The notes below the pieces were generated by a model that searched no databases, was not told the DNA's origin, and saw only the letters and a list, made by a program, of their open reading frames with translations. From the NCBI GenBank assembly GCA_043745805.1, contig JAYTSD010000020.1:96001-160000 (forward strand): 64,000 bases of DNA. The letters run 5' to 3'. The position numbers and the translations under genes are program-made. Below, one piece after another: positions 20,546 through 29,394 of the stretch. Every line of letters starts with the position of its first letter. Position 1 is the stretch's first letter. The DNA is from Fibrobacteria bacterium (GTDB taxonomy: Bacteria; Fibrobacterota; Fibrobacteria; UBA11236).

Positions 20546-21588
20546 CCTGCTATCCTTTGTCCGGATTTAGGATCGAATGCTTCGCGCACGCCTTCGCCAA
20601 TAAAGGTAGCCAACATGAGAGTGATGAATAAAGCCATTACCGTGGAAAAAGCTATCCAAGGAGCGTGTAGGTTTTGTAAACCTTGGCTTAGCATTTCTCC
20701 CCAAGAAGGTGTGGGAGGCGGTAAACCGAAACCCAAAAAGTCGAGTGCGGTTAATGACGAAATACCACCGATTAATGAGAAGGGCATTATGGTAATAACC
20801 GGCGTTAAAGCATTGGGTAAAATTTGTTTGAAAAATATTCGCATGCGGCTAAAACCTAAAGCCTTTGCGGCGCGCACATAAGTGAGACTTTTTAGTTTAT
20901 AGAATTCGCCACGCATATAATACGATAAGCCTACCCATTCAAACAGCGACATAATGCCAATTAATAAAGCGAGGCTGCGGCCATAAATAGATCCCAATAA
21001 TATTACCACATATAAAAAGGGCAAGGATGTCCAAATCTCAATAAGCCGCTGCATCAACAAATCCACTTTGCCACCCAGATAACCTTGCACTCCTCCGATA
21101 ATAATTCCGAGTATTCCTCCCGAAAGCATAAGCAATAAAGCGAATACCATGCACATTCGAAAGCCATAAAGCAAGCGTGCAAAAACATCACGTGCTGAAT
21201 TGTCGGTGCCTAACCAATGCGCAGCCGAGGGCGCATGCGGAGGATTGCCCGCTAAATCAAGATTGGTGCGTAAAGGTCCATAATGAATAATGGGAAAAAT
21301 CATCCAGCCTTTTTGCGCTTGAAAATGTTTGTCTTGTTGTAAAAGAATATAATCCGCTTCGGTTTTATAAGCGCCGCCAAAAATTTCTTCCGGATAAAAT
21401 TTTATAATGGGGAAATAATAATGGTCGGTATATTTTAAAATTAAAGGTTTATCATTGGCGATAAATTCACTAAAGAGCGAAAGCAAAAAGGCAATGGCGA
21501 GTATCCATAATGAAAAATAGGCGCGACGAATTTTTTTGAAATTATGAAAGCGTTCTTGGGTAAGTTCAGAAATCTGCAATAATCCCAC
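20542..21588 (-). CDS. Peptide ABC transporter permease (YejE/OppC-like)
   Basis: Motifs ANDKP, HWLGTDNSARDV, PPPTPSWG, GEGVREAFDP; GTG start. Confidence 0.92.
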   Translation of the reverse strand: MGLLQISELTQERFHNFKKIRRAYFSLWILAIAFLLSLFSEFIANDKPLILKYTDHYYFPIIKFYPEEIFGGAYKTEADYILLQQDKHFQAQKGWMIFPIIHYGPLRTNLDLAGNPPHAPSAAHWLGTDNSARDVFARLLYGFRMCMVFALLLMLSGGILGIIIGGVQGYLGGKVDLLMQRLIEIWTSLPFLYVVILLGSIYGRSLALLIGIMSLFEWVGLSYYMRGEFYKLKSLTYVRAAKALGFSRMRIFFKQILPNALTPVITIMPFSLIGGISSLTALDFLGFGLPPPTPSWGEMLSQGLQNLHAPWIAFSTVMALFITLMLATFIGEGVREAFDPKSGQRIAG

Positions 21589-21631
21589 GCTTAATCCCTA
21601 ACCTGCAAAACCATTATTAATCGAACTTGCA

Positions 21632-22645
21632 TTAGCTAAGACGAATACGGGGATCGGCCCAAACATAAAGTATATCCGAAAGTAGGCGTCCCATAAGGGC
21701 CAAAATACTGGTTAACAGAATGATTCCCATCACCACATTATAATCACGGTTGACCGTAGAATTATAAATCAATAAACCCATACCATCGATATCAAATACT
21801 TTTTCAATGAGCACCGAGCTACCAATAACCATTAAGAAAATATCTCCAGCACGTGTCGCTAAAGGAATTAAGGCATTACGAAAAGCATGTTTCCAAACGG
21901 CTCTTTTAAAAGAAGCGCCTTTAACCAAAGCCGTGCGCATATAATCTTTATGCATTTCTTCGAGTAAAGAGTTTTTAATCATCATGGTTAAAAAAGCAAA
22001 TTCACCCAACATAAAACAAAACATGGGTAAAAACATATGATGAAGAAAATCGATCAATTTACCCCAAGCGGAAAACTCTTCAAAATTATCACTCACAATT
22101 CCACTAATAGGAAACCAATTCCAGTAACTGCCGCCGCCAAATAAAATAATCAGCAGAATACCTACCACATAACCCGGAATCACATAGCCAGTAAAAATAA
22201 ATAGAGAGCTAATAGTGTCAAATTTTTTACCATGATATAGCGCTTTAAAATACCCCAAAGGAATGCATACTAAATTGGAAATAAGCAAAGAGGTGAGGCC
22301 TATAAAAAAAGAAATAGGAAGTTTACTTAAAATCACATTCCAAACAGGTTCGCGATAGGTGTACGATACACCTAAATCGAGTACACAAATTTTTTTCAGC
22401 CAACGATAATATCGAACCGGAGCCGGTTGATCAAAGCCAAAATAAGTTTTGATATTTTCCACTTCTTCCGCGGTAATATTATGCTGCGCATTCATGCCTT
22501 TTTCTCCGCCTACCGAACGAATACGCGCAATCATATCTTCTACTGGCCCACCGGGCACAAATTGAATGAGGGTAAAGCAAATTAAAGAAATGCCAAATAA
22601 AGTCGGCACAATCAATAATAAGCGTCGAAGAATATAATCTTTCAA
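21632..22645 (-). CDS. Peptide ABC transporter permease (YejB/OppB-like)
   Basis: Motifs YILRRLLLIVPTL, PGGPVE, HAFRNALIP, WADPRI; TTG start after AAGGA. Confidence 0.92.
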   Translation of the reverse strand: MKDYILRRLLLIVPTLFGISLICFTLIQFVPGGPVEDMIARIRSVGGEKGMNAQHNITAEEVENIKTYFGFDQPAPVRYYRWLKKICVLDLGVSYTYREPVWNVILSKLPISFFIGLTSLLISNLVCIPLGYFKALYHGKKFDTISSLFIFTGYVIPGYVVGILLIILFGGGSYWNWFPISGIVSDNFEEFSAWGKLIDFLHHMFLPMFCFMLGEFAFLTMMIKNSLLEEMHKDYMRTALVKGASFKRAVWKHAFRNALIPLATRAGDIFLMVIGSSVLIEKVFDIDGMGLLIYNSTVNRDYNVVMGIILLTSILALMGRLLSDILYVWADPRIRLS

Positions 22646-22709
22646 AAAATCCTTAATTTAATTGAGTTAATCTTAATGTTTTGCATTAATAGAAGCTTTA
22701 AAAATAAGT

Positions 22710-24506
22710 TTAATGAAAATGCACATCCATAGGTTCTAAGGGTAAACTTTTGTCGCTTTGCATCGCTTCGGCTAAAGTTTTTTCCTTGACGGTATCTTTA
22801 TACCAATAGGTAATGATTTTTTCTTCGCCACCGAATTTGTCTAATCCATTTTTAGGTATGCCAAATTTATTCCAATACAGAATCCGTTTATGATCGATTT
22901 GCCAAAGTAATACATAAGGAATAACCTTATCGAGGCGATTGTCAATTTGTTTTAAAATTTCATTGCGCTTACCTAAATCCATTTCGCTTTTTTGTAATTC
23001 AATTAAACTATCAATAGCCTTATCTTTTACGCCAGGATAATTATTGGTGGCCACTTCATCCGCCGTTTTAGAATGCCAATTGGTTTCGGGATCGCGCAAA
23101 CGTCCACTTCCCCATGCCGCCCAGTACATGTCGAAATCATGATTGTCGATACGCTTCACTAAAGTGGAATTGGAAAGCTGTTCGATTTTAGCATCGATAC
23201 CTACTTTTTTTAAATCCTCTAAATAAACATTCAAATGGCGTAAGTCCACGCTTTGTGTGGGAATAGTGAGCGAAAATTTTTTCCCACCTTTTGCCAAAAT
23301 ACCATCGCCTCCCACTTTCCAACCGGCTTCTGCTAAAAGCGCGCGAGCCTTTTCAGGATTATAATGGCGTAAAGGACTATCGGGATTGCTGTTATTAGGA
23401 AATAAATCGGGAGAATAAGAATTGAGTAAGAAGTATTCATTATGCATGAGTTTTTCATTCATGAGTTCACGATTAATTAAAAAGCATAAAGCCTCACGCA
23501 CATTGCGATCTTGAAAGAGTGGGCGACGTAAATTTAAAGCAAAGCCTTGAAAGCCAATAGGCTCATGGTTGAAAATCCTTTGCTTAATCACCCAACCTTT
23601 TTTTATTTGATCGAAATCCGTTTGATCCGCCCAAATTTTTGCCGTGTAAACCGGAAAAATATCGAAGTCCCCTTTTTTAAAGGCCTCTAATACTTTCACT
23701 TGATCTTCCATAAATTTAAAATGAATGGATGCAAAATTATATTTGAAACGATTGTACTTTTTGGCAAAACCCCACCAATCACTGCGGCGCTTAATGGTAA
23801 TGGAGCGTTCTTTTTTCACTTCACCCAAAATATAAGGGCCGTTCACCACGGGGAAATCAAAATTGATTTGATTGAAATCCATTTTCTCCCAAATATGTTT
23901 GGGGAAAGCAATTAAACCTCCCGCTTCCCAAAAGTTTTTCCAATGCACTTGATTCGCCTTAATGCGAATAGTTTGCGCATCCACCACTTCTGGCCTATCA
24001 AAGCGGCTAAGGCCCACACGATATACGGAGGTTAAATTTTTTGGATTCATCATTACATCATAATAGAATTGCACATCTTCGGCGGTTACCGGTTTGCCAT
24101 CGCTCCATTTGGCACGCGTATCGATATGAAAAGTAAAAGTTTTTTTGTCTTCGCTAATTTTCCAGGTATCGGCTAAGTTACCCATAACACTGTCATTTAC
24201 AGAATTCAATTCCACCAAGGATTGAAACATTAAGCTCATAATTTGGTCGGCAAAACTATTGCTTTCGAGCCACACATTAATCGACTTAGGAAAACTAAAG
24301 CCCCAAGCATTATAAACACCACCTGGAACAGCATTCACATTCGCAATAGGATCCAAAGCACCGGCTGAATCGACAGCCACAATAATAGCGGAAGAGTTAT
24401 CGCTATTTTGGGAGGATTCTTTTTTTTGACAAGCCGTTTGACCCAACATTAAAATCAAGGCACCTAATAGGCCAATGGATTTCCAGGAAGTACTTTGCAT
24501 TTTCAC
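22710..24506 (-). CDS. Peptide ABC transporter substrate-binding lipoprotein (family 5, YejA-like)
   Basis: Lipobox QTAC, KWSDGKPVTAEDV, NGPY, FQDRNVREAL. The start may be ATG 24500. Confidence 0.92.
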   Translation of the reverse strand: MKMQSTSWKSIGLLGALILMLGQTACQKKESSQNSDNSSAIIVAVDSAGALDPIANVNAVPGGVYNAWGFSFPKSINVWLESNSFADQIMSLMFQSLVELNSVNDSVMGNLADTWKISEDKKTFTFHIDTRAKWSDGKPVTAEDVQFYYDVMMNPKNLTSVYRVGLSRFDRPEVVDAQTIRIKANQVHWKNFWEAGGLIAFPKHIWEKMDFNQINFDFPVVNGPYILGEVKKERSITIKRRSDWWGFAKKYNRFKYNFASIHFKFMEDQVKVLEAFKKGDFDIFPVYTAKIWADQTDFDQIKKGWVIKQRIFNHEPIGFQGFALNLRRPLFQDRNVREALCFLINRELMNEKLMHNEYFLLNSYSPDLFPNNSNPDSPLRHYNPEKARALLAEAGWKVGGDGILAKGGKKFSLTIPTQSVDLRHLNVYLEDLKKVGIDAKIEQLSNSTLVKRIDNHDFDMYWAAWGSGRLRDPETNWHSKTADEVATNNYPGVKDKAIDSLIELQKSEMDLGKRNEILKQIDNRLDKVIPYVLLWQIDHKRILYWNKFGIPKNGLDKFGGEEKIITYWYKDTVKEKTLAEAMQSDKSLPLEPMDVHFH

Positions 24507-24661
24507 CCTCTTTATTTCCCATTTTTAGGAAGAATTCAATGTAGAACCTTTCCGGTTTTAGGAAAAGTGCGAAGCGATGAAACCTCGGAGGAATTTTGTT
24601 TTTAGGTCAAATAAAGTAGTATCCCTACTTAGAAAAGGAATGGAGGCTTTGGCAGGTAAAG

Positions 24662-24689
24662 TTTAGGTGTTCAAATTTAAACACCTAAA
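24662..24689 (-). terminator. Stem-loop directly after the pentapeptide-repeat gene
   Basis: TTTAGGTGTT-N8-AACACCTAAA 10-bp stem; weak U tract. Confidence 0.45.
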
Positions 24690-24696
24690 GAAAAAA

Positions 24697-24999
24697 CTAA
24701 ATTTCTTCGGGCAATACAATACCAACTAAATGAACGCCGACATCGCCTTGTCCAATTCCTTGAACATTAAAACCATTTGGGTGCATTCCTTGTACGCTAA
24801 AGCCATTACTAGCTAAACCTTGAGGACTAAAACCATTACTAGCTAAACCTTGTGGATTAAAACCTTGAACATTCATTCCTTGCACACTCATACCATTAAG
24901 ACTAATGCCTTGTGGGCTCATCCCATTGGTAGCTATTCGTGCATTGCATAATGAAGCTCCGGCTAATAATAAAGAAAGAGAAATAGAAAACAAATTCAT
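24697..24999 (-). CDS. Small secreted protein with 12 tandem (hydrophobic-x-x-N/Q-G) pentapeptide repeats
   Basis: SD CAGGAG, signal peptide ending LCNA. Repeats IATNG MSPQG ISLNG MSVQG MNVQG FNPQG LASNG FSPQG LASNG FSVQG MHPNG FNVQG; tail VHLVGIVLP. Confidence 0.85.
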   Translation of the reverse strand: MNLFSISLSLLLAGASLCNARIATNGMSPQGISLNGMSVQGMNVQGFNPQGLASNGFSPQGLASNGFSVQGMHPNGFNVQGIGQGDVGVHLVGIVLPEEI

Positions 25000-25151
25000 A
25001 AATACTCCTGGTGATAAAGTTTTTTTTGGAAAGGATAATTTCCTTTCCGTATTAATAATGTTTATTTGCGCCTATTATCACAAGTACTTACGAAAAATAG
25101 GGATAAAAATTAAGGCCAACTCGGCTTCAATTAAAAGCGTTATACAGATTT

Positions 25152-26006
25152 TTATTTGGAGCGATTGAAAAGAATACCAAGACCTTTACCTATAGTATCG
25201 GAAGGAATTTTCATTTTGGAATAGCGTTCGGGACACTCTTTTTCGATATCGGCCAAAGTGGCCACATCTTGCAAACGGGTTTTTTTCAAATAGGCCGCAC
25301 CATCGGGTGCCCAAGCGGCTTCGAATAAAAAGCCTGCTGGTTGCGGAAAATCCTCAGTTTGTATTTTATAAATATCCCAAAATTCAATTAGGGTTCCGTT
25401 TTTGGTATGCGGGACTCCGTCTCCACAATAGTCCGCTCTTACCATATGGGAGCAAGCTGAAAATAAAGGTTGTAAAGATTGGCCACCTTTAGCATGGCCC
25501 CAAGGAGGGTAACCAAAGAGTATGCATTTTCCTCCTGCTCCACTAGTGCAGTTAATGGACAAGTTAGTAGAATCGTTAACATGATTTCCTTTGGCATCAT
25601 AATAGCCAGGCATTACAAAGGCGCGTTTTCGCCCACGCTTATCTTCTTCGCAACTATTAACCCAGTGGCCAATAGAGTCAGGAGACGAAAAAACATAAAT
25701 CCATCCGTTAAAAACTGAATCTTGATATGGAATAATACTGTCAATGCGAAATTGCCGCAAGCCGCCTAAATCGTCGTAGCCTACTATAACTGCACCAATT
25801 AATTTTTTATCCTCCACGTAACGTCCTTGTTTCCCCATCACGCGTATGCGCCCTTGTTCCAAAATAATTGGACGTATTTTGGAGGCTGGTTTTGGGTTTT
25901 GTATTGTGGTTGCAGGTGAAACTGTAGTGGTGCTGTCGGCATTACTATACGACATATTTGAAATAAGCAGGATAAGCATTAAGCTAAGGGCTTGGAAGAT
26001 TTTCAT
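25152..26006 (-). CDS. Secreted ADYC-domain protein
   Basis: Signal peptide; motifs CTSGAGGKCILFGYPPW, ACSHMVRADYCGDG, HTKNGT, FEAAWAPDGA. Confidence 0.85.
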   Translation of the reverse strand: MKIFQALSLMLILLISNMSYSNADSTTTVSPATTIQNPKPASKIRPIILEQGRIRVMGKQGRYVEDKKLIGAVIVGYDDLGGLRQFRIDSIIPYQDSVFNGWIYVFSSPDSIGHWVNSCEEDKRGRKRAFVMPGYYDAKGNHVNDSTNLSINCTSGAGGKCILFGYPPWGHAKGGQSLQPLFSACSHMVRADYCGDGVPHTKNGTLIEFWDIYKIQTEDFPQPAGFLFEAAWAPDGAAYLKKTRLQDVATLADIEKECPERYSKMKIPSDTIGKGLGILFNRSK

Positions 26007-26025
26007 AGGAGGATAAAATAGATTT

Positions 26026-27069
26026 TTAATAAGTAAGACTACAAGACAAACCTGCTAACCAAAAAGTACTGGATGTTTTTGCCGCTAAATCAAATCCGTA
26101 TTCTCCATGAGAATCCAAATCAAGCCAAGAATTTACTGAATAGGTATAAGCAAAAGAATTAGTTAATGTGCGTTGTACCGTAACGGAGGATTTCTTTATT
26201 TTGCCTAGGACGCCGGACTTTGTGGACGGCGTTATATAGGCGTCTAAGCCGGAAGAAATAGTGAATACATGCTTCCCCAAAGTCCATTCGAGTTCGGCAC
26301 TACCGCCCATTCCATGTGTTAATTCAGTAGTAGATACCACTAAACAAGAACCATCTTTTCCAAATCGTGAACAAGTTCCTGAAAGCGAGTCCATTTTTTG
26401 TTGACTTCCATAAACTCGGCTGCTAAACACAAAATCATCCCAATCTTTTTCTATAGATAAAGATAAAGTTACCGTGTGATAAGCTCCGATAAAACCATCA
26501 TAAGCTAAAGCAGGAGTTAAACTCAAGGTGCTATCGTCATCCAAATAAAATTCTTTTCCAACTTTACCTCCTAACGTCGTACTCCATGTGGCTGCGGATT
26601 GTATGGTTTCTTGGCGGCTTAATGAGTTATAAATAAAATTCGCATAGTTCCTTCCAGTATAAACACTCAAAGAAAATCCCGACCAAATATATTTGAGCGA
26701 AGCGCTTGCATTTCCTTCGACAATTTGCCACGATTTTATTTTTGTATCCGTAGAAAAATTCATACTTTCCGAGAAGCGATGTTTCCCCAAAACTTGTCGA
26801 AAACTGACTGCCGCAGCATTTTGTAAACGCGGTCCCTTATAAGATGCCTGCCCATTGCCATTTTCAATTCCATTAGTTGTGGAGAGTGTATAAGGACGTC
26901 TAGGAGAGAATATTTCCGTTTCCGACGCGGTTTCGGAATTCGAAGCGGAAGAATCGAGGGAATCTTGAGCTTGACAAAATGTGGAATTTACTAATCCCAA
27001 CCAGAGGAAAATAAAAATCGAATAAGCAAAGGATATTTGCAAAAGACCTCTTAATGTAAAATGTTTCAA
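26026..27069 (-). CDS. Probable outer-membrane beta-barrel protein of unknown family
   Basis: Signal peptide, Ser/Thr-rich amphipathic strands and a terminal aromatic strand (WLAGLSCSLTY). Its TTG start overlaps the upstream stop. Confidence 0.6.
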   Translation of the reverse strand: MKHFTLRGLLQISFAYSIFIFLWLGLVNSTFCQAQDSLDSSASNSETASETEIFSPRRPYTLSTTNGIENGNGQASYKGPRLQNAAAVSFRQVLGKHRFSESMNFSTDTKIKSWQIVEGNASASLKYIWSGFSLSVYTGRNYANFIYNSLSRQETIQSAATWSTTLGGKVGKEFYLDDDSTLSLTPALAYDGFIGAYHTVTLSLSIEKDWDDFVFSSRVYGSQQKMDSLSGTCSRFGKDGSCLVVSTTELTHGMGGSAELEWTLGKHVFTISSGLDAYITPSTKSGVLGKIKKSSVTVQRTLTNSFAYTYSVNSWLDLDSHGEYGFDLAAKTSSTFWLAGLSCSLTY

Positions 27070-27623
27070 TGTTGTTTTTTCTCAAAACGAAGTTGTTTTT
27101 GTTCGGCTCTTTGTTCTTTGCGCTCAAGCTTTCGTTCTTGCTTTTCTTGACGCATTTCTTCTCTTCTTTCGCGACGCAATTCGCGATGTTTAGCTTGAAT
27201 TTCTGTTGCCTTTTGATGTTGGGCGGGAGTAAGGTTAGAAAGAAATTGACTCCAAGATTCTATTTTTAATTTGGTGATTTTTTTATCGGTTTCTCCAATT
27301 TTTTCCCCAATTTTTGTGGCCTCACTCTTATTCACTGGATTGACGGCAAAAACATTTTTTAAATCCAATTCGAGTTGTGCCTTTTCACTTTGTAATTGAA
27401 TTTTTTTCTTCTGATTTTGCAAAAAGGATTCACGCAAATTTTGTTTTTGATCAGGAGTAAGGGCTAATTCGTCTATCAATTTTGGATTAATATTGTCGTT
27501 TCCTTGAGCGGTACTTGCTTCATCATTGCTTGAGGTAATTTCAGCAGATGAGGAATTTTTTTTCTCTGCATACACACTTATGGCTAGCATGAGCATTAGT
27601 ACAATGAGTAATTGCTTTTTCAT
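27066..27623 (-). CDS. Spy/CpxP-family periplasmic chaperone / heavy-metal-sensor-like protein
   Basis: Signal peptide, two LTxxQ motifs (LTPDQK, LTPAQH), helical charged body. Confidence 0.82.
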   Translation of the reverse strand: MKKQLLIVLMLMLAISVYAEKKNSSSAEITSSNDEASTAQGNDNINPKLIDELALTPDQKQNLRESFLQNQKKKIQLQSEKAQLELDLKNVFAVNPVNKSEATKIGEKIGETDKKITKLKIESWSQFLSNLTPAQHQKATEIQAKHRELRRERREEMRQEKQERKLERKEQRAEQKQLRFEKKQH

Positions 27624-27634
27624 AAAAATTCTCC

Positions 27635-28021
27635 TTAGTTCAGTATTTCGGATTTTGTATCCGATTCATTTAAGTCATCAAAAATTTTATCCGCTAATTC
27701 TTTTTCTTCGTCGGACTGTAATTCCACATCGCCTAAATCGGCATTCCAAGCAATGAGCTCCGAATCGACAAAAGAATTAAGCGTAGCCTCTTGAGGTAAC
27801 ACCGAAGTATTTGCTACCTGCTTTAACATAAAACCAAGAGCGAGTATTCCTGCAAAAAGAGTAATGGAAGCCGCTAATCGATAAGTTGGTTTTTCCCACC
27901 ACGAATGCAAGGGCTTTACGGATGTAGAGGGACTTCCAAGCTTTGCCTCGATTTCATTCCAAAGGCCAGCACGAGGAGTGAGTCTTTCGGAGGTTTCGAA
28001 TAATTTTTTAAGCTTGGACAT
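27635..28021 (-). CDS. Putative single-pass anti-sigma factor
   Basis: N-terminal PRAGLWNEIEAKL, then RLAASITLF transmembrane helix; overlaps the sigma gene end. Confidence 0.7.
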   Translation of the reverse strand: MSKLKKLFETSERLTPRAGLWNEIEAKLGSPSTSVKPLHSWWEKPTYRLAASITLFAGILALGFMLKQVANTSVLPQEATLNSFVDSELIAWNADLGDVELQSDEEKELADKIFDDLNESDTKSEILN

Positions 28022-28559
28022 ATTCCGATTCCTTTTCCAACAATTCCTTTAATCGAGTCCTTGCTCTGGAAAGTTTTGCTTTAATTGTTCCCTCAGGAAA
28101 ATTGAATGTTTTTGCTAATTCGTGCAAGGGAACACCTTCCCCATCCTTGAGCCAAAGCAGAGATCTCGTTTCCGGATCTAAAACCGCCAAAGCCTTGTTT
28201 AGTAAATCTTGAACTTCATAAGATGCATTTTGATCTTGAGGAATAATGTCCTCAACATTTTCCGTTTCTAATTTAAAACGGTTATTCGCCTGTTGTAGTC
28301 GAGTCAAACACATATTATGCGCCATTCTGTATAACCAAGTTCCGAGACCGCTTTCGGCTCGATAAGAGCTTATAACTTCAGGAAGTTTCAAAAACAGATC
28401 CTGTAAAATATCTTCGGCTTGTTCGCGAGAAAGTAGGATTCGATAACATTGATTGAGGATGCGTTTTGAAAAATTTTCGTAAATCCATTGCAAACCCTCC
28501 AAGTTCCCATCTTTTAGCAAATTAATACTTTTTTTTTCGGGACTAAACCAAAGCGTCAT
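28008..28559 (-). CDS. ECF RNA polymerase sigma-70 factor
   Basis: Region 2 AEDILQDLF and TWLYRMAHN; region 4 PEGTIKAKLSRAR. Confidence 0.92.
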   Translation of the reverse strand: MTLWFSPEKKSINLLKDGNLEGLQWIYENFSKRILNQCYRILLSREQAEDILQDLFLKLPEVISSYRAESGLGTWLYRMAHNMCLTRLQQANNRFKLETENVEDIIPQDQNASYEVQDLLNKALAVLDPETRSLLWLKDGEGVPLHELAKTFNFPEGTIKAKLSRARTRLKELLEKESEYVQA

Positions 28560-28575
28560 TTTTTTTGCATCCTAA

Positions 28576-28602
28576 ATAATCCTAGAGTGTATCTAGGATT
28601 AT
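28576..28602. promoter_or_regulatory. Perfect 11-bp intergenic stem-loop
   Basis: ATAATCCTAGA-GTGTA-TCTAGGATTAT between the secreted repeat gene and the sigma gene. Confidence 0.45.
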
Positions 28603-28627
28603 CCATTTTTAAAAGGATAAGTTCCTC

Positions 28628-29008
28628 TTATTCCGCTTTCTTTTCTTTCATATCTTGATGCATTTCTTTTTTGTCGTGACGATGTTCTCTACGATCTTTA
28701 CGTAAATCTTTGCGATCCTCATGACGATCTTTTTTGTCTTTCTTTATCTCGGCTTTATCGGCTGCAACAGCTTCGGTATTGCCTGCGGCTTTGTCAGCTT
28801 TCAATTGTTTACGATCGGCTTTTAATTCCGCATTGTCGGCTTTAACTTCTTGACGATCGGCTTTACGTGCAGCATTGTCAGCTTTTAATTCAGCTTTATC
28901 AGCTTGAATTTCGGCCTTTTGAGGATTTGGAGGGGTTACATCTTCCGCTTGGCAAAGGGCCATGGTAAAGGTCACTGCGGCAATCGAAGTAAGTATCTTA
29001 AAGTTCAT
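28628..29008 (-). CDS. Secreted, highly charged heptad-repeat protein
   Basis: SD AAGGA, signal peptide ending CQA, 7-residue repeats such as ADKAELK, ADNAARK, ADRQEVK. Confidence 0.8.
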   Translation of the reverse strand: MNFKILTSIAAVTFTMALCQAEDVTPPNPQKAEIQADKAELKADNAARKADRQEVKADNAELKADRKQLKADKAAGNTEAVAADKAEIKKDKKDRHEDRKDLRKDRREHRHDKKEMHQDMKEKKAE

Positions 29009-29050
29009 GCTATTTTCCTTTTTTGATTGGGTTAATTCCCAATATAAAGG

Positions 29051-29080
29051 TTTGACAGTTGAGAGTGGGGCTCGGTTGCA
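29051..29080 (-). promoter_or_regulatory. Candidate ECF-sigma promoter
   Basis: Minus strand TGCAAC-N17-TGTCAAA, about 40 nt upstream of the first gene of the ECF cluster; resembles the generic ECF AAC/GTC consensus. Confidence 0.5.
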
Positions 29081-29394
29081 ATAAATTGATAAAAAAGAAA
29101 TTTTTTTTTGAGAAAATGGGTTTTTACTATATAGCGCAACATTATGCCCAGGCGCCGGAAGATTTATGTGGAGGCGGATTGGATCTAGCTCCTAATTGGT
29201 GTTCGTCCGCGATACTGCCGAATGCGACATTTGCTCGGTTACCCATTTTTAGAATGCGCTTACGCCAAGGTGAAAGTCAAGCGGTGGGAATTGCCTTTAT
29301 AAATCCGCTGAAACCTAATGAATATTGCGATTTGAAGGGACAAAAAATTCCGATTTAATTCAACCTTAAAGAGAATATTTATAGTTTGTTGTCC

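Noticed and set aside
24697-24999. RiPP precursor or classical A(D/N)LXX pentapeptide-repeat protein
   Set aside because: No recognisable RiPP maturase or peptidase-transporter is nearby, it has a Sec signal, and the repeat consensus differs from A(D/N)LXX. A peptide-processing role for ADYC is not excluded.
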